Part shown: piece after piece, positions 49,422 to 62,525 of the stretch | Position numbering within the stretch: the stretch's first letter is position 1 | How the letters are laid out: each line of letters starts with the position of its first letter | From: Podarcis filfolensis | Taxonomy: Eukaryota | Length of the DNA: 64,000 nucleotides | Assembly: GCA_964270895.1 (NCBI GenBank) | Contig: OZ185437.1 | Strand: one strand, 5' to 3' | The notes under the pieces: generated by a model | The model's input: only the letters and a program-made list of their open reading frames with translations | Told to the model about the DNA's origin: nothing | Databases searched by the model: none | Program-made: the position numbers and the translations under genes

Positions 49422-49986
49422 AAATGTCAAGCTTTATCATTTACGTTCATGAATTTGCAAGTATGCACATTTGAAACACATTCGGACATGCTTGTACACC
49501 AGAGATTCTTGTTGTCTCATTCTGAGATTTTGGTGAGGGAGCGTAGTCTTGAAGAATGCCATCGCTAGCAATTAACACTAACAAAAATGTCAGCAATCCT
49601 TCCCCAAAAGGCAAAAATACAAATGGTGATTTACCAGGGTCAAGTGAGAAAAATTAGGGTCGTGCTTGATAAATCAGGACAGCTGTAACGTGTGGAGGCC
49701 TTTTGCTGAACCATGGAAGCACCCCTGCCCTGCCTCCATGGGCTAGGTCATTCTCCCTTGTTACAGATTAATTTGCTGCAACACAGAGAATTAGGTCATT
49801 CTGTTTCTTATAATTGCAATGTGAATTGTGTTTTGGATTTGATCCAGTTCTCCTTTCCCATTTTTGTAGACATAGTGAGATAGCCTTGGACAGAGATTGC
49901 CGCAGGCTTAACAAAAAAGTGGTGGCCGTGCCTTGTGCTCCTTGCATTTGCGTAGTGGGGAGCTGGGGAAATGTGCCTGGGAATGC

Positions 49987-50046
49987 TGCTTTGGTTACAT
50001 ATTCTGAAGGTTGCTCTGCTTTGTTTACATATTCTGAAGGCTGCTC
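49987..50046. repeat. 30-bp tandem duplication
   Basis: TGCTTTG(G/T)TTACATATTCTGAAGG(T/C)TGCTC twice. Confidence 0.85.
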
Positions 50047-51135
50047 TTATCATTGAGTTCCTGCTGCTCCTTCAAACGGACACTGCTGTTCCAGGACTTA
50101 CATTCCCTCCACACACAAACACATTTCCTAAGACCAGCGGGCTCGTACATGATAGGTTGCCTTCATACAGTCTATTTTAAAGCGTGCCACACAGTTTCAT
50201 GTTGCTGCTGGTCAGGCTATTTTGCCCATAGCAGAAATTAAGATCCTTCCAAACTCGGCAACTTTTTTAAAAATTACAAATATTGTTCTTTATTATTCTG
50301 TCCTGTGTGATATAGGAGCCTGATTCCGTTTATGGCCCAAATCAGGCCTGGGCTTTGTCATCCTGGGCCTAATCTGAGTTGCCAAATAAGGCCCAAAACC
50401 AGATCAGGGGGTACATTCACTGCCTTAGTGTTTATTGTTCCAATACAAGGTTTTCAAAGTAAATACATTTTGCTTTGCCACTAGTATCCTTGCTGCTAAT
50501 GTCAATAAAAGCAAGTACATGCCCTCTTCCCTCAGTGGTAAAGCACAATGCTTTTGTATTTGATTTTGATATAAACTGGGCTGCTCTTATCTGATTTTTC
50601 CAGTGTACTCCCCACATTTTAAAATGCATCACTTTTGGTGTTCAGAGTTTGTGCTAATGTCCGGTTCTTAACTGTTAGGTGATTAGCCACCATCAGTTCT
50701 GTGCCACATGTGTTTTCTGGCCTTTGTCCTTGCTCTAAAAATGCAAGGGATAAGCTCTACTCTTTCTTTCGCTGATCTGAAGCTCCTATAATTTCTAATT
50801 GTAAATGCATGCAAATGGGGCGCAACCCCTCCAGCGCATCCTATATGCCCTTTTATTCATTTTGTTTCATTTCCTTTGTGTGTGTGTATTTCAGTTTCTT
50901 TTCCTCGGTGACACCTTAAGAATTTGCAGCAGTTCTCATCTTGTGCCATAGGAAGAGATTGCCAATGCTTATCTTCACACTCTTGATCATTTGTCAGGCT
51001 GACATGCTGCTCATGATTTGAGAACAGTTCATGTTATGAAATGGTCCAATAAACAACGCTCGTGCCCAATAATGGTTTTGTGTCAGCAGAAATACTACTT
51101 CTTACTTAAGACACCTGATTTTTGCTGTTCTCCAC

Positions 51136-51138
<3 letters not shown>

Positions 51139-51208
<70 letters not shown>
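51139..51208. repeat. Perfect 70-bp AT palindrome (AAT)n|(TTA)n
   Basis: 35-bp arms, no spacer, centre between 51173 and 51174. Confidence 0.9.
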
Positions 51209-51431
51209 TATACCCCGCCCATCTGGCTGGGCTTCCCCAGCCACTCTGGGCGGCCTCTAACAAAATATTAAAATACAGTAATGCATCAAACATTAAAAGC
51301 TTCCCTAAACAGGGCTGCCTTCAGATGTCTTCTAAAAGTCTGGTAGTTGTTGTTCTCTTTGACATCTGGTGGGAGGGCGTTCCACAGGGCGGGTGCCAGT
51401 ACTGAGAAGGCCCTCTGCCTGGTTCCCTGTA
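51139..51431 (-). mobile_element. 5'-truncated copy of the same L2 family (3' end only)
   Basis: Clearly similar to 3128-3359, including the 3' hairpin, with an expanded AAT/TAT tail. Confidence 0.9.
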
Positions 51432-51569
51432 TTACTATGTATTACAACCCTCTGTGTCCAAGCCTGAGGAGAATGATGTTGCACACATCCCAGTCTCTGA
51501 GTGGCTACAAACTCCAGAGGTTCCAATGCTTACCCAGAGTTCAGTTTACTTGGAAAGGTCAGTTGAGAC

Positions 51570-51951
51570 TGTGATGTCTTTAGGATATATGGTTTATTTA
51601 CACATATATACAACCTGAGCATAGGCAGTGGAAGGCCTCGCAACCCCAGCAGGTCTTGTTTCCCCATTAGGTTCTTAAGGGAATCTTAGCAGTGGTTTTG
51701 AATTCAGCACAGGGCAGGGCATCCCTCTCTGTGTCTCTTGAGCTCCCAGCATCACCCAACTCACACACAGACTATGGCTATTGTTCTTCTAACTTACAAG
51801 ATGATGTCCTCTCAGTCAGGTAAGTTGGTGTGGAAATTCCTACCCCTTCCTGGAAAGAACTGTTACTTAGTTGTCACTTTGGCAACATGGTTCACCCTTT
51901 AAGATGCTGATGTTGGAACTTAGCCCAGCCAGCTAGGACCATTATTTTACA
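51570..51951 (-). mobile_element. Possible solo LTR of a second family
   Basis: Minus strand runs TGTAAAAT...AATAAACCATATATCCTAAAGACATCACA. GAGAC flanks both sides but is offset by 2 nt, so the TSD is imperfect. Confidence 0.4.
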
Positions 51952-52189
51952 AGGAGACTAGTTTATAAGGAAACCTGTTCATCAGTGTTCACTTAGTGCA
52001 AACCTGCCATCCCACAGGCATCACTTAATGGGAATGTATATGGGGAAAGGCAGTGTCTTTTAGTAAGTAATTTGGTTCTCTCCTGTCGAATTTCAGCATT
52101 TTTTTTGGTGGATATTTGTTTGCTCTCTTGTGTTATCGGTGAACTAGTTGTTAAAATAATTGGCATTTTTCTCTGTGAAGAGTTGGGAG

Positions 52190-52611
52190 GTGTGCAGATG
52201 AAGGCAACCAACATGATAAAGGGTCTGGAAACCAAGCCTTATGACGAACAGTTGAGGGAATTGGGTATGTTTAGACTGAGATAGGATAGCCATCTTCAAA
52301 TATCTAAAGGACTGTCACATGGAAGATAGAGCGAGCTTGTTTGCTCCTACTCCAGAGGCTAAGACCTGAACCAATGAATTCAAGTTACAAGAAATGAGAT
52401 TATAACTAAATATCAGGAAGAGCTTTCTGACAGTAAGAGGTGTTTGACAGTGGAACAGACTCCCATGAGAGGGGGTAGATGTGCCTTCTTTGAATATTTT
52501 TAAGCAGAGGTTGAATGGCCATCTGTCATGTATGATATAGTTGAGATTCTGGCATTGCAGGGGGTTGGACTCGATGACCCTTGGAATACCTTCCAACTCC
52601 ACAATTCTATG
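52190..52611 (+). mobile_element. CR1 LINE 3' fragment
   Basis: ATNMIKGLETKPYDEQLRELGMF-type C-terminus and a GGACTCGATGACC...TTCCAACTC...ATTCTATG end. Confidence 0.88.
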
Positions 52612-53316
52612 TTTCTTAGCAGAATAAGCAGGAGGGTCCTCAAATGCAGCCAGGTTGCATTACAACATTTTGAAGTGAAGTGATAACACATCACCATTTA
52701 AAGACCCCATAAGACTATTAAGTGCAGAGTCTGAAGTAACCTAATTGCACCATTGTCTACCTCACTTGATTACTCCAAATATCTCTGAGTATAAAATAGC
52801 ATCACTTCTCTGGCAAAATGTAGCCTATTTATTTACAGGTCAAATTTGAATCTCCCACTCTTCTTGGTTGAAGAGTAACTTTAGATATGGGAAGATATTT
52901 TAGGGGGCTTCCCCCCCCCCCCGTGGAACAAAGCCGGATTTAAAGGTTTGCAGTGGTGAATGATTGCAACCCTTGATCCACAGCCAAAAGCATTACATTA
53001 CATAAAGAGTTTTTGTCTTCATTAGGAATTAATCTGTACTAACCAACTGTCAGTTGGTGATGACAGTTTATTGCCTTCCCTTAACAAGGCAACAGGACAT
53101 ACTTAATTTATCTATTGAGCTAGATATGAAAAGTAGAAACACACATACCTACATATTTTAAAATCAGCTATCCATCATGGATGCCCACAAATGTACCATT
53201 TTATGAGTGCATTTTGCTAACTATCTGGAAATAAGTTGATGTTGCTATCTAGGCCTGCTTTCTTTTCCTATCTCACTGTCTACATACCAAAAAGCATCTG
53301 CATCTGTGATGACCTA

Positions 53317-53557
53317 CAGTGGTACCTCAGTTTACGAACTTAATTCATTCTGGAAATCCGTTCTTAAACTGAAACCGTTCTTAAACCGAGGCGCGCTTTC
53401 CCTAATGAGGCCTCCTGCTGCCAGTGCCCTTCCACTGTTTGGCTTCCGTTCTTAGACCGAGGTAAAATTTGCAAACTGGGACACTACTTCCAGTTTTGCA
53501 GAGTTTGTAAACCGAATAGTTTGTAAACAGGGCTGTTCTTAAACTTAGATATCACTG
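53317..53557. mobile_element. Tc1/mariner (Tigger-like) MITE
   Basis: TA|CAGTGGTACC...ATCACTG|TA, i.e. TIRs with a TA TSD. Confidence 0.85.
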
Positions 53558-54771
53558 TATTTCCATACAGACAAAAATAGAATGCTCAGTGCTCTGGGAA
53601 AAGGCAGAAGAACAGCAGAGAAAATACAGGAGGGCAACATTCAGATGATGACATCAACTGATCAAACCCTTACGGGCAAATTTGCTGGGAAGTTCCGAAG
53701 CCTCCCATATTAAGCCTCCCATATATCTTTTGGAAGACAGGTCAAATGATATTACACTGGGCATGGCAAAGTTTCTTTCGGAGGTTATAAGAAACAAATA
53801 TCATTATGCCCTAGGTAAAAAAAATATGATTGCCTTGGTTTCTTCCATCTGTCTGTCTGGTCGTTTTAATTGTATCTAGTTTTGAAATTGTTTTGTGGGT
53901 CTTTGGACCGCAATAAATATGGATTGATTGATTATGACATCACGTATAAGAAAAAGTTGAGTGAACAAAGTGTGACAGTTCCACACTAAATGGCTTTTGT
54001 GGATGCATCCTAGAAATGTTTCAACTTCAGTTTAGATGAGTTTCTGTGTACACAAGAATTATGCCATTCCCCAGTCTCGTTAACGTAAGCCCACAACGGC
54101 CTGGTCTACACATGCAGTAGAAGAGGAGGTAATGGAAAGAAAGGGTCCATACATGATAGAATGCACTTTATCATTTCAGACTGTGTGTAGGGTGTGGGTG
54201 TGGGTGTCACATTTTTCAGTGCCCCTGTAAGGTTGTTTTTTTTTAAAAAAAAGTAAATAAATATGAAATTAGAAAACTAGCAACAGCAGGGAGTGAGTTT
54301 GGATACAGACTCTGTGAGGGGCTTTTTTTTTAACTTGCAGAAAGTTGCACATAGATTAGTATTTTTTTTTTTAAAGTCACATACCCCACCAGTAGTCTGA
54401 AGTATTACAGTCCACTCTACCACCTCAGGATTCTACTATCTCATTCTTTTGGATGTGTAGATCAAAACCAAGCTGTTTATTGTATCAAAAAGTGATTTAT
54501 TTAAAATAAAAAGTAACAAGCTTAACTTTTTAAGGTTATGCTGCAAAACAGTGTTTTATTCTGCCTTTCATTGCATTGCAATGAATGCTTGCCTGGTCGT
54601 GCTTTTTGTTAAGCAGACTATTGGCTAATGTCCCAGAATGGTCAGGGTGACTTCTTCTCCAACAGGCAGGAAATAGCTGGACATTTCTTAAGTGTTTTGA
54701 ATGGAAGAGAGCTATCAAGAGTTGGATATTTTCAGAGGAGTGTGGATCAGGGTCTTTAGCTACATTTTATA

Positions 54772-55003
54772 CAGTGTTACTTCTGACTACGAACTTAATT
54801 CATTCTGAAGGTCCGTTCTTAACCTGAAACCATTCTTAATCTGAGGTACCACTTTAGCTAATGGGGCCGCCATGGTGCCGCCGCGCGATTTCTGTTCTCA
54901 TCCTGAGGTAAAGTTCTTAACCCAAGGTACTACTTCTGGGTTAGCGGAGTCTGTAACCCAAAGTGCTTGTAACCCGTGGTGTTTGTAACCCGAGGTACCA
55001 CTG
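54772..55003. mobile_element. Tc1/mariner (Tigger-like) MITE
   Basis: TA|CAGTG...GAGGTACCACTG|TA. Confidence 0.85.
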
Positions 55004-57791
55004 TACTGAATTTTAATTATGAGCTACATTAGGAGCTGATTGCTGATTGGAAACTGGGATAAAAATATAATAAATTCCAAAACGTTACAAGAATACCCAT
55101 TTCCCCCCACAAACCTGTTTTGAAACAACAAATTCAGTGATAATGTCCAACCTTATGCTGCTTTTAACATGCCTTAATAGTATTTCTGTAGGCTCTTTAT
55201 CATTGGTTATATGTATCTTTCTCAAAAAAAGAGAGAAAGACTCTTCCAAAGGACTCTCAATGGCATGGCGGGGTCTGTTGTGCTCAGAGCAGGAGCAAAG
55301 TCATCTTTGACTTACTTTCGTGGATAGTAATGTGGCCTCAGCAGGGTCGCAGCTCTGCCCTTGTGATTGTCAGCTTATAGCTGAGTCACGTGAGACGGGC
55401 ATATGAGTGCGAAGTGCAAGCAGATTAGCAGGAGATGTCACAAGCTGTTCAGTAGGACTGCTGTGCCTGCCGTTTTCCTGGACCAGACACTTCCGTTTCA
55501 GAGACACTGCAGAATAATAAATGGAACCGCTCAATTTGATCAACAATGCAATAGTGTGCTTCTTTTTGCGGGATAAGTTCAAGGTGAAAGCATGAAGACA
55601 CAAATGACATTTCCTCATCCTCATATTATACCCTTATTTTACTGACCAGAAAGAAAGTGAACTCTCCTTAGGTGTCAAGGTGAATCCTTGACTGAGGCAA
55701 GATTTGAACTCAAGTCTCTCATGCCTCTTTGAGGCTGAGGGTGTTGAATTGTGATGCTACGTTTTCTAGGTTTATATGTGGCATGCACAAGAAAAATCAT
55801 CCAGTCCTGTATATTCTCTGTGGTTCTTGCATCTTTTCTTTGAACACAGAAAGTCTTCTGGTTTTTAGAACAGAAAAGTATGATAAATTTCAGAGGCATG
55901 GACGCCTTTTGTGCTCCTTTAGGACAGTGTTTTGACATGGGTAGTGACATATTTGGAAAGTGAACCTATCACAGCTCACAGCACACATTCGTGATTAAAT
56001 TTATGGCCCAGTTTTTGTTATATTAATCAATATTCATTATTGCCAAAATGTTTTTGGGGGTGTTTTTACTTTTTGAAATATGGCAACCCTAATACGTTTA
56101 CCTAGAAAAGTGTTCCAGTGATTATGAAAGGTAAATTTAAAAAATGAGGTAATAAAATGGCACTCACAACAATGTGTGATGAGCTGCAAATAGCCCTACC
56201 CAGAGCAACTATGTCATGGCCACTGTTGTGAACAGAACAGAGTGAGATGTACAGATTGGAAAAGTGCAATACTCTCATGAATATGGAAAGTCTGTTGCTA
56301 CTTCACTTGTAATTTGCAATGCAAGATCAGTGACTGGGTCATATCGCAAGGAACCTCCTGTCTAGAAACTGCCTGGGTTGATGAAAAATTGGCTGAATGA
56401 CCACAAATGCATGGAAATTAAGAGATCTTGTTCTTTATTGGTATCCACTATCGAGCTAAAATTTTGAATCAGAGACAGCAAATACAGTCTCAGAGCTGTC
56501 AAACAATACTATGCTTCTGCTCAAGACTGTCATTTCAGTAACTGACAATCCCAGACCCATACCCATGTCCAGGACACATAACTCCATCTGCTAGAAACAC
56601 TTAGTTTTATATTCTATACATGCACATGTGCATATTAAGTTACCTAAGGCTAAGCTCTTAAGAACAAAGTTCATTACATAGCATTTAAATGAGAGATCAT
56701 GTAGACAAAACAGAATGTAGCATATGAATAACTCTCACCTGCCACTAGATAGGTTAAGCAAGGGAGCTTGTAAAAATAAATAGCAATCTGTATTCAATAT
56801 AATTATTTACACAGCAAGTTAAATTAACCTGTATGCACACTATTTTATTACAGTTATCATGGAAAACATTTATCCCTGGTGCAAATCCACTGGTGTTGCT
56901 TGTGGTAAACCATGGCTAGCTTGGCCCCATTATTCCTGAAAATTCCGAATGATTCATGTATAGCAGTGGCGTCCAAACTTTTTTCAAAGAGGGCCAGATT
57001 TGATGAAGTGAAGGGCTGTAAGGGCTGACGAAAGTTGTTGACCACAGGGGCCAGATTAAACTGACCGGTGGGCTGATTAGGCCCCCCGAAATGGACTTTG
57101 TACATGCCTGATGTATAGGAAACCAGTTTTCCTGGTAGTTCTTTATACTTTGCATTAACATACTAATTAGCAGCAGGCTGCTTAGTTAAGTTACACTGAC
57201 CACATCTGCACTTCACAGTAAACCAGAACCATGGTTTACTGTGCATGAATCAATTACACCTGCTCTTCTCTCCCATAGTGCTGGGGAGAAACAAACCATG
57301 ATCTCTGGCTTAGCACTACATAAAAACCAGGGATCATTATTTGTTTCACTCAAAACCACTGCAGTCAGCAGGGCAGAACAGGATGGCTTACCAACACAGA
57401 GATTGTTGATGGTAACTGAAAAGGAGATGGGAGAAGCAGCAGGGAGGTCAGTGAGAATCAGATTTGTCCTGATGCAGAACTTGCACTGCACCAACCTGTC
57501 AGCTGTCTTGACCCTCCATGCAGTGACCTCCATGTTGGGAAGCCAGGTAAGCAGCACCAAACCACTTTGAAGGCCACTGCTGCTCTAAACAAATCATGAT
57601 GATAAGCCAGGTTTTGTACTTGGCTGGTCAAGAATAAACCACAATCCCTGGTTCAGACATAATGTTATGCCAGGGATTTAGGTTTACATCCTCTATGCAT
57701 TAGCAGGGAATGGAGCAAGACAGCCCAGATTGCTATGTTCACCACAAACCTTTAATTATGGCTTACTGTGATATGCAAACTGAGCCTGTAT

Positions 57792-57858
57792 CATAGCTGT
57801 CAACGTTTCCCCTTTTTTAAAGGAAATTCCCTTATTCCGAATAGGATTGACAGCTATG
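57792..57858. mobile_element. 67-bp minimal derivative of the same hAT family
   Basis: Same 12-bp TIRs. Flanks GCCTGTAT/GCCCTGTAT (TSD with a 1-nt indel). Confidence 0.75.
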
Positions 57859-57959
57859 GCCCTGTATATTCATTATAAAAATAACACCCTACATTTACAC
57901 TGGGCCTTAAAAAAGAATCTGAAATGTCTTAGAAATCATTCTTAGTCAGTCAAGCTTTC

Positions 57960-58030
57960 AAAACACTCCTGTGAGGTAGGCTAGTTCATCACCCCTTATT
58001 TTACAGATGGGGAAACTAAGGCACAATGTG
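57960..58030 (-). mobile_element. Ancient MIR core fragment
   Basis: CCCTTATTTTACAGATGGGGAAACTAAGGCAC matches the MIR core. Confidence 0.65.
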
Positions 58031-59561
58031 GTGCAGCTACAACCCTATACCCACTTAACTGAGAGAATGAATTACATATAGAAATGAGCTTCTGTTTGTG
58101 AATTGGACTTCTTTGTACAATCCTGCACATGTGCAAAATATTGCAGCATGGGGAGAAATCAGGACCAGCACACAAGGTTACATACACAACTGGTTGGTTA
58201 ATGTTGTCAGTTCTGACAAGCTTCTAATATCTGTTGAGGGATGTGGAGATTAATTCCAGGGTTCCCCTTTGTCCTTTCTTACTACTTCAAACAAGGATCT
58301 CTGGAGTGGGGTACCTATATATTAGCCTATTTATCTGATACTTCTCTGCTCCATTTCCTGCATGGTTCCCAGCTGTTGAAATCCCCCTCTTAATATTTAC
58401 ATGGGAGTCTTCATTATATATTTCCTCCTTTAAGAAAAGCCCAGAATTATTGTCTATAAAAAAAATTCTCTGTATGTGCTCCTATGTGTGCGTATTACAT
58501 AACTGAAGATAGCATTTCCTACATCTGACAAAAATGAGCCCCCAAAATATCATGCCGCAACAACCCTGTTCACCTTTAAGGCACCACTCTTTGCTGTTTT
58601 TGCATTCAGAATGAGCTTCAGGTTCATATTTCCAGTGTTATTTATCTCTAATTCAAATAAATAAGAAAAAACCAGAGTACCAAAATGTAGAGCTTTGTGG
58701 GCCATGCCTAAACCTGATCCTTATGTTGCAAGAAATAATCCTTTATGTTCACCTAGGCAGCCCTACTCCCCAAAAAGCCAATAGCATTTAGTCCACTGAA
58801 TGCCTAGAAGATCTATAACCCCTGACTGAATTTGTTCCCATGTACAGGGAACATTATAAAGATGTGGGGTGGGGGTGTAACTTTCCTCCTGCAACATACA
58901 GGAGTTTGTGAGGAGGGAAGAAAGATAAAAAGTGCTTGTGGAAATACACTGGGATACCCAGCTATCATGTGCAACCTCACTTGTAAAAGCAGCCGTCTTA
59001 AACAGCATCCTAAGAAAACCTGCTGTTTTCAAGACAGTTTCAGTCACCATTTGAAGCCCCTTTTTCTTATCAGGCGGATTATCTTGGGTGGTTTGTCCAT
59101 AGTAGTTGCAAAACAAACCCTACAGGTGTCAGCTTGCTACCCCTTATAATAAAAACCACCACATTCCCCTTAAGGGTGTAGCAGTTTCCCTTGATTTCAA
59201 CATTTCATAGCAAACCCCAAATCTACTCCAGATTCCTTTTAAAAGTATAGATCTGGCCACCCTATTGCCAGCATCCACTTGTAAAAGACACATGCAGTGA
59301 CTGAGATCCAAAGCCAACAGGTGGATGTTTTCAAGTATGAAAGTCAAGACTATCAAAAATTAACAAAGGAATGGGAAGCCTAAATTAACTGGCACAGGTG
59401 AACGGTCTCCAAATAGCATTGTGTGTTGCAGTGCCTCCTTTCCAACACACATTCCAAAGGTGCAACAGGACGGGGTTGCTTTATCTCTCAGAGGCCAAAA
59501 AGCCTCAAAAATCACAATAGTCTTTAAAGTATCTCCTGGGAAAATCACTGCCTTAGCATAT

Positions 59562-59870
59562 TCAGCAAAAGACAGACCAGTATATTAAATTAAAAAATAT
59601 ATAGGTGCCTGGAAATATTACTCTGGAGTATTTGTCAATGGCGTGTGTGTTTTGCATGATACGGAGGCTAACGTGTCCCTTCAGCCCTTTCTTCCTTGAT
59701 GAGTTAGACTCATTATTCAGGGCCAAATGGACCACCATCTTGTCTTGCTTATCCTCCTCAGCCACCATCTGGCCTCTTGGGTACCCTTCTAGGCTATTGG
59801 TATCCGATTCACTGTAAATACCATCCAGCATCATAGTTTTTGTAGAAGGTATTCCACACGTGCATGGGTA
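59562..59870 (-). CDS. GABRR2: rho2 last coding exon (loop, TM4, stop), 309 nt
   Basis: Encodes YPCTCGIPSTKTMMLDGIYSESD...QNTHAIDKYSRVIFPGTYIFFNLIYWSVFC*. The loop resembles mammalian rho2. Upstream rho2 exons lie beyond the window. Confidence 0.96.
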   Translation of the reverse strand, partial: YPCTCGIPSTKTMMLDGIYSESDTNSLEGYPRGQMVAEEDKQDKMVVHLALNNESNSSRKKGLKGHVSLRIMQNTHAIDKYSRVIFPGTYIFFNLIYWSVFC

Positions 59871-60450
59871 CTGAGAAAAGAGAACAATAAAAGGCAGATG
59901 AAAACTCAGGCATTGCAAAAACAGAACAGGGGACAAAAATTACACCTTGATTTTATACAGAAAATGCATTAATGTTGCAACTGAAAATCGTATTCTCTTT
60001 TTCTGCAGTTTCCCAAAGTTATTATCAAGACACACTAAACCCATACAGGTGTACTATCCATCTGCTCATGAAACCCTGTATGGGTTAAGCAAAGGTGAAT
60101 ACAGGGTGGAAAATATTATTTGTGTGACATAAGATAACAATAAGTTTTAATTCTGAAATTTTGCATCCATTTGGACTTACATTTCCTTGCAGTAAAGGTG
60201 CAATACAAAGTATTGCAGTAAAGGTGCAACACCAATACTGGAGATCCTTTAACTACCATATTTTTCTTATTTTCTGGAAGTCTGCAGCTCAAAATTTGAT
60301 TGAAAAATAGCTGAAGATAAAGACAACCTTTTTTTTCATACAGTAACACTGACTTACATAAATGACTGTAGAACTCAGAATGGTGATCACACAAATTATA
60401 CTTTTCCTTTTTCTACAATTAACAACAATATATGAGTCGCCATAAAAGCA

Positions 60451-60839
60451 AGGTAAAGGTAAAGGACCCCTGGATGGTTAAGTCCAGTCAAAGGTGACTA
60501 TGGGGTGCAGCGCTCATCTCACTTGAGGCCAAGGGAGCCAGTGTTTGTCCACAGACAGCTTTCTGGGTCATGTGGCCAGCATGACTAAACCACTTCTGGC
60601 GCAACGGAACACTGTGACGGAAGGCAGAGTGCACGAAGCCTTGTTTACCTTCCCACCGCATCAGTACCTATTTATATACTTGCACTGGTCTGCTTTCAAA
60701 CTGCTAGGTTGACAGAAGCATCTCATCCTCATCATCAAGAGGGACGCAGGTGGTGCTGTGGTCTAAACCACTGAGCCTCTTGGACTTGCCGATCGGAAGA
60801 TTGGTGGTTTGAATCAGCACAATGGGGTGAGCTCCGTTG
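60451..60839 (-). mobile_element. Sauria SINE with inverted 5' head (twin-priming type), in the last intron of GABRR2
   Basis: Body and tail on the minus strand (60451-60719), head on the plus strand (60741-60840). One 13-bp TSD, CGCCATAAAAGCA (60438-60450 and 60840-60852), encloses both parts. Confidence 0.85.
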
Positions 60840-61723
60840 CGCCATAAAAGCACAGCAGCCTGGACCCAACTCTATTCACACAAGTGGCAAACACTACAAC
60901 TAATCAGCTTCAGATGAGGATGTGTATCCCCATCGGCATTAAATGATATTTCAAGCCAGCTGACTGGGGCCCTAGGTGAACATCGTGTGGTTCAGCTGCA
61001 GATCCACCTGATCAGATTCACGTTGGCTGTATGTGTGGATCTCTGGTTTGCTTGTTTAATTGTGGGAAAGATGCATGAGCTACCCCTTTGCACTTGACAT
61101 GGAAAGTGCAAATGGGATGCATATGCCATTCATGCATCTGTTCTGGCCCCTTAATTAATAATTAATTATAAAATTATAATTAAGGTCATTTATGAGCTCT
61201 CTTCAGTAGCAGGAGTCTCAGGGCAGGGTGCAATTCAGAAGACACAATGAAAGTATAAAAGCAAAGCTACAGAGTTCACAGAAGCCACAACTTCTGTGTA
61301 ACGCAAGAGGCCCGTCTATATTTTGTATTGCAAGCGTCTAGCTCCTACTATTATATTGGCTGAATCCAGTTTTGAAATGCGCACCTGACTGGTCAGGGCT
61401 TCGTCATGATTCATCAGGAGTACCTAAAAACAATGCAGCAAACACAGGGAAATGCCATACTGAATTTCCCCCTTCTTACCCTCCCTATATTGTCTTTGCC
61501 AAAGTCCCAGGTTGCAGACTTCCCCAGTTCTGATCTTAGTTTCCTTCCCTCTGTTGTTCCTACTATCACCAACTCCTGCTTTTGTGGTGTCAGGGATTCG
61601 GAGTCAGCTTGCATGCTCTAGACAAAAATTGTTCACACACACAGACACACAAGGGTCAGTTTTCCTCATTCGCATTCACTAGCCCCTAATATATTAGTCA
61701 GGTGTGCAGGAAGTGCTTCTCAC

Positions 61724-61920
61724 CTTTTCTCGCAGCTTCCTCTGCTTTCGCTCTTGCACAGTGGTCAGGTAGTTCACGGCTGCGTACTCTATCACCGAAA
61801 GGAAGACGAACACAAAACTGACCCAGAGGTAAATGTCCACAGCCTTGATGTAGGAAACTCGAGGCATGGAGGCATTGACGCCCGTGATGATGGTAGACAT
61901 GGTCAGCACCGTCGTGATCC
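61724..61920 (-). CDS. GABRR2: rho2 penultimate exon (TM2-TM3), 197 nt
   Basis: Encodes (G)[65 protein letters not shown]. Acceptor ttttcag|, donor AAG|GTGAGA. Confidence 0.96.
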
Positions 61921-62331
61921 CTGAAAAGGCCCCACACAAGTGTTAAGAATTGGGTTTAATTTCAGCCAGGTCTCATAGCCACAGAACCTGTTTTCAAAAA
62001 AACTATTGCTCAGTGTGGTACATGTGAAGTGATAATGAACAGAATCTGCTTGAGGGTGTGCAGACATCCTCACCACTAAGCAATCACAGACAGACACCAG
62101 GCACACTGTGTTCAGTGGAAGAACTTGCAGGAAGGAACACTGGACCCCCTGGACTATTTTAGAATTAAATTACTGTCAACAAGCATCTATTATGAAGCTG
62201 AGCTTAGTTTCAGTGTTAATCATTGGGTCTTAGTCTCTCCCCATTTTAGTTTGGAGAATACAGTAATTCAAGAATGAGAAACCTTTTGACCTCCAAAAGT
62301 TACTGGACTGCAACTCCCATCCCATCAAAAG

Positions 62332-62525
62332 CCAGTGTGGTATAATGGTTAGTGTGCTGAACTACAGCCTGGGAAGCCAGGGTTCGAATCTCCTGAGTGA
62401 CTTTGGGCCAGTCATTGCCTAACCTTGGTGGGGATTAAATGAGGTGTGGGGAGAGCCATGTACACCACCTTGAAGACCTACTTGGGGGAAAAGGTGAAAT
62501 ATACTGTAAATGCAATAAACAAACA
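62332..62525 (+). mobile_element. CORE/MIR-like SINE (same family as 38700)
   Basis: CAGTGTGGTATAATGGTTAG...GGGTTCGAATC...GACTTTGGGCCAGTCA...AATAAAC. Confidence 0.75.

Noticed and set aside
56400-59561. GABRR2 poly(A) site
   Set aside because: The nearest minus-strand AATAAA hexamers I found are kilobases away, and none can be singled out without transcript data.
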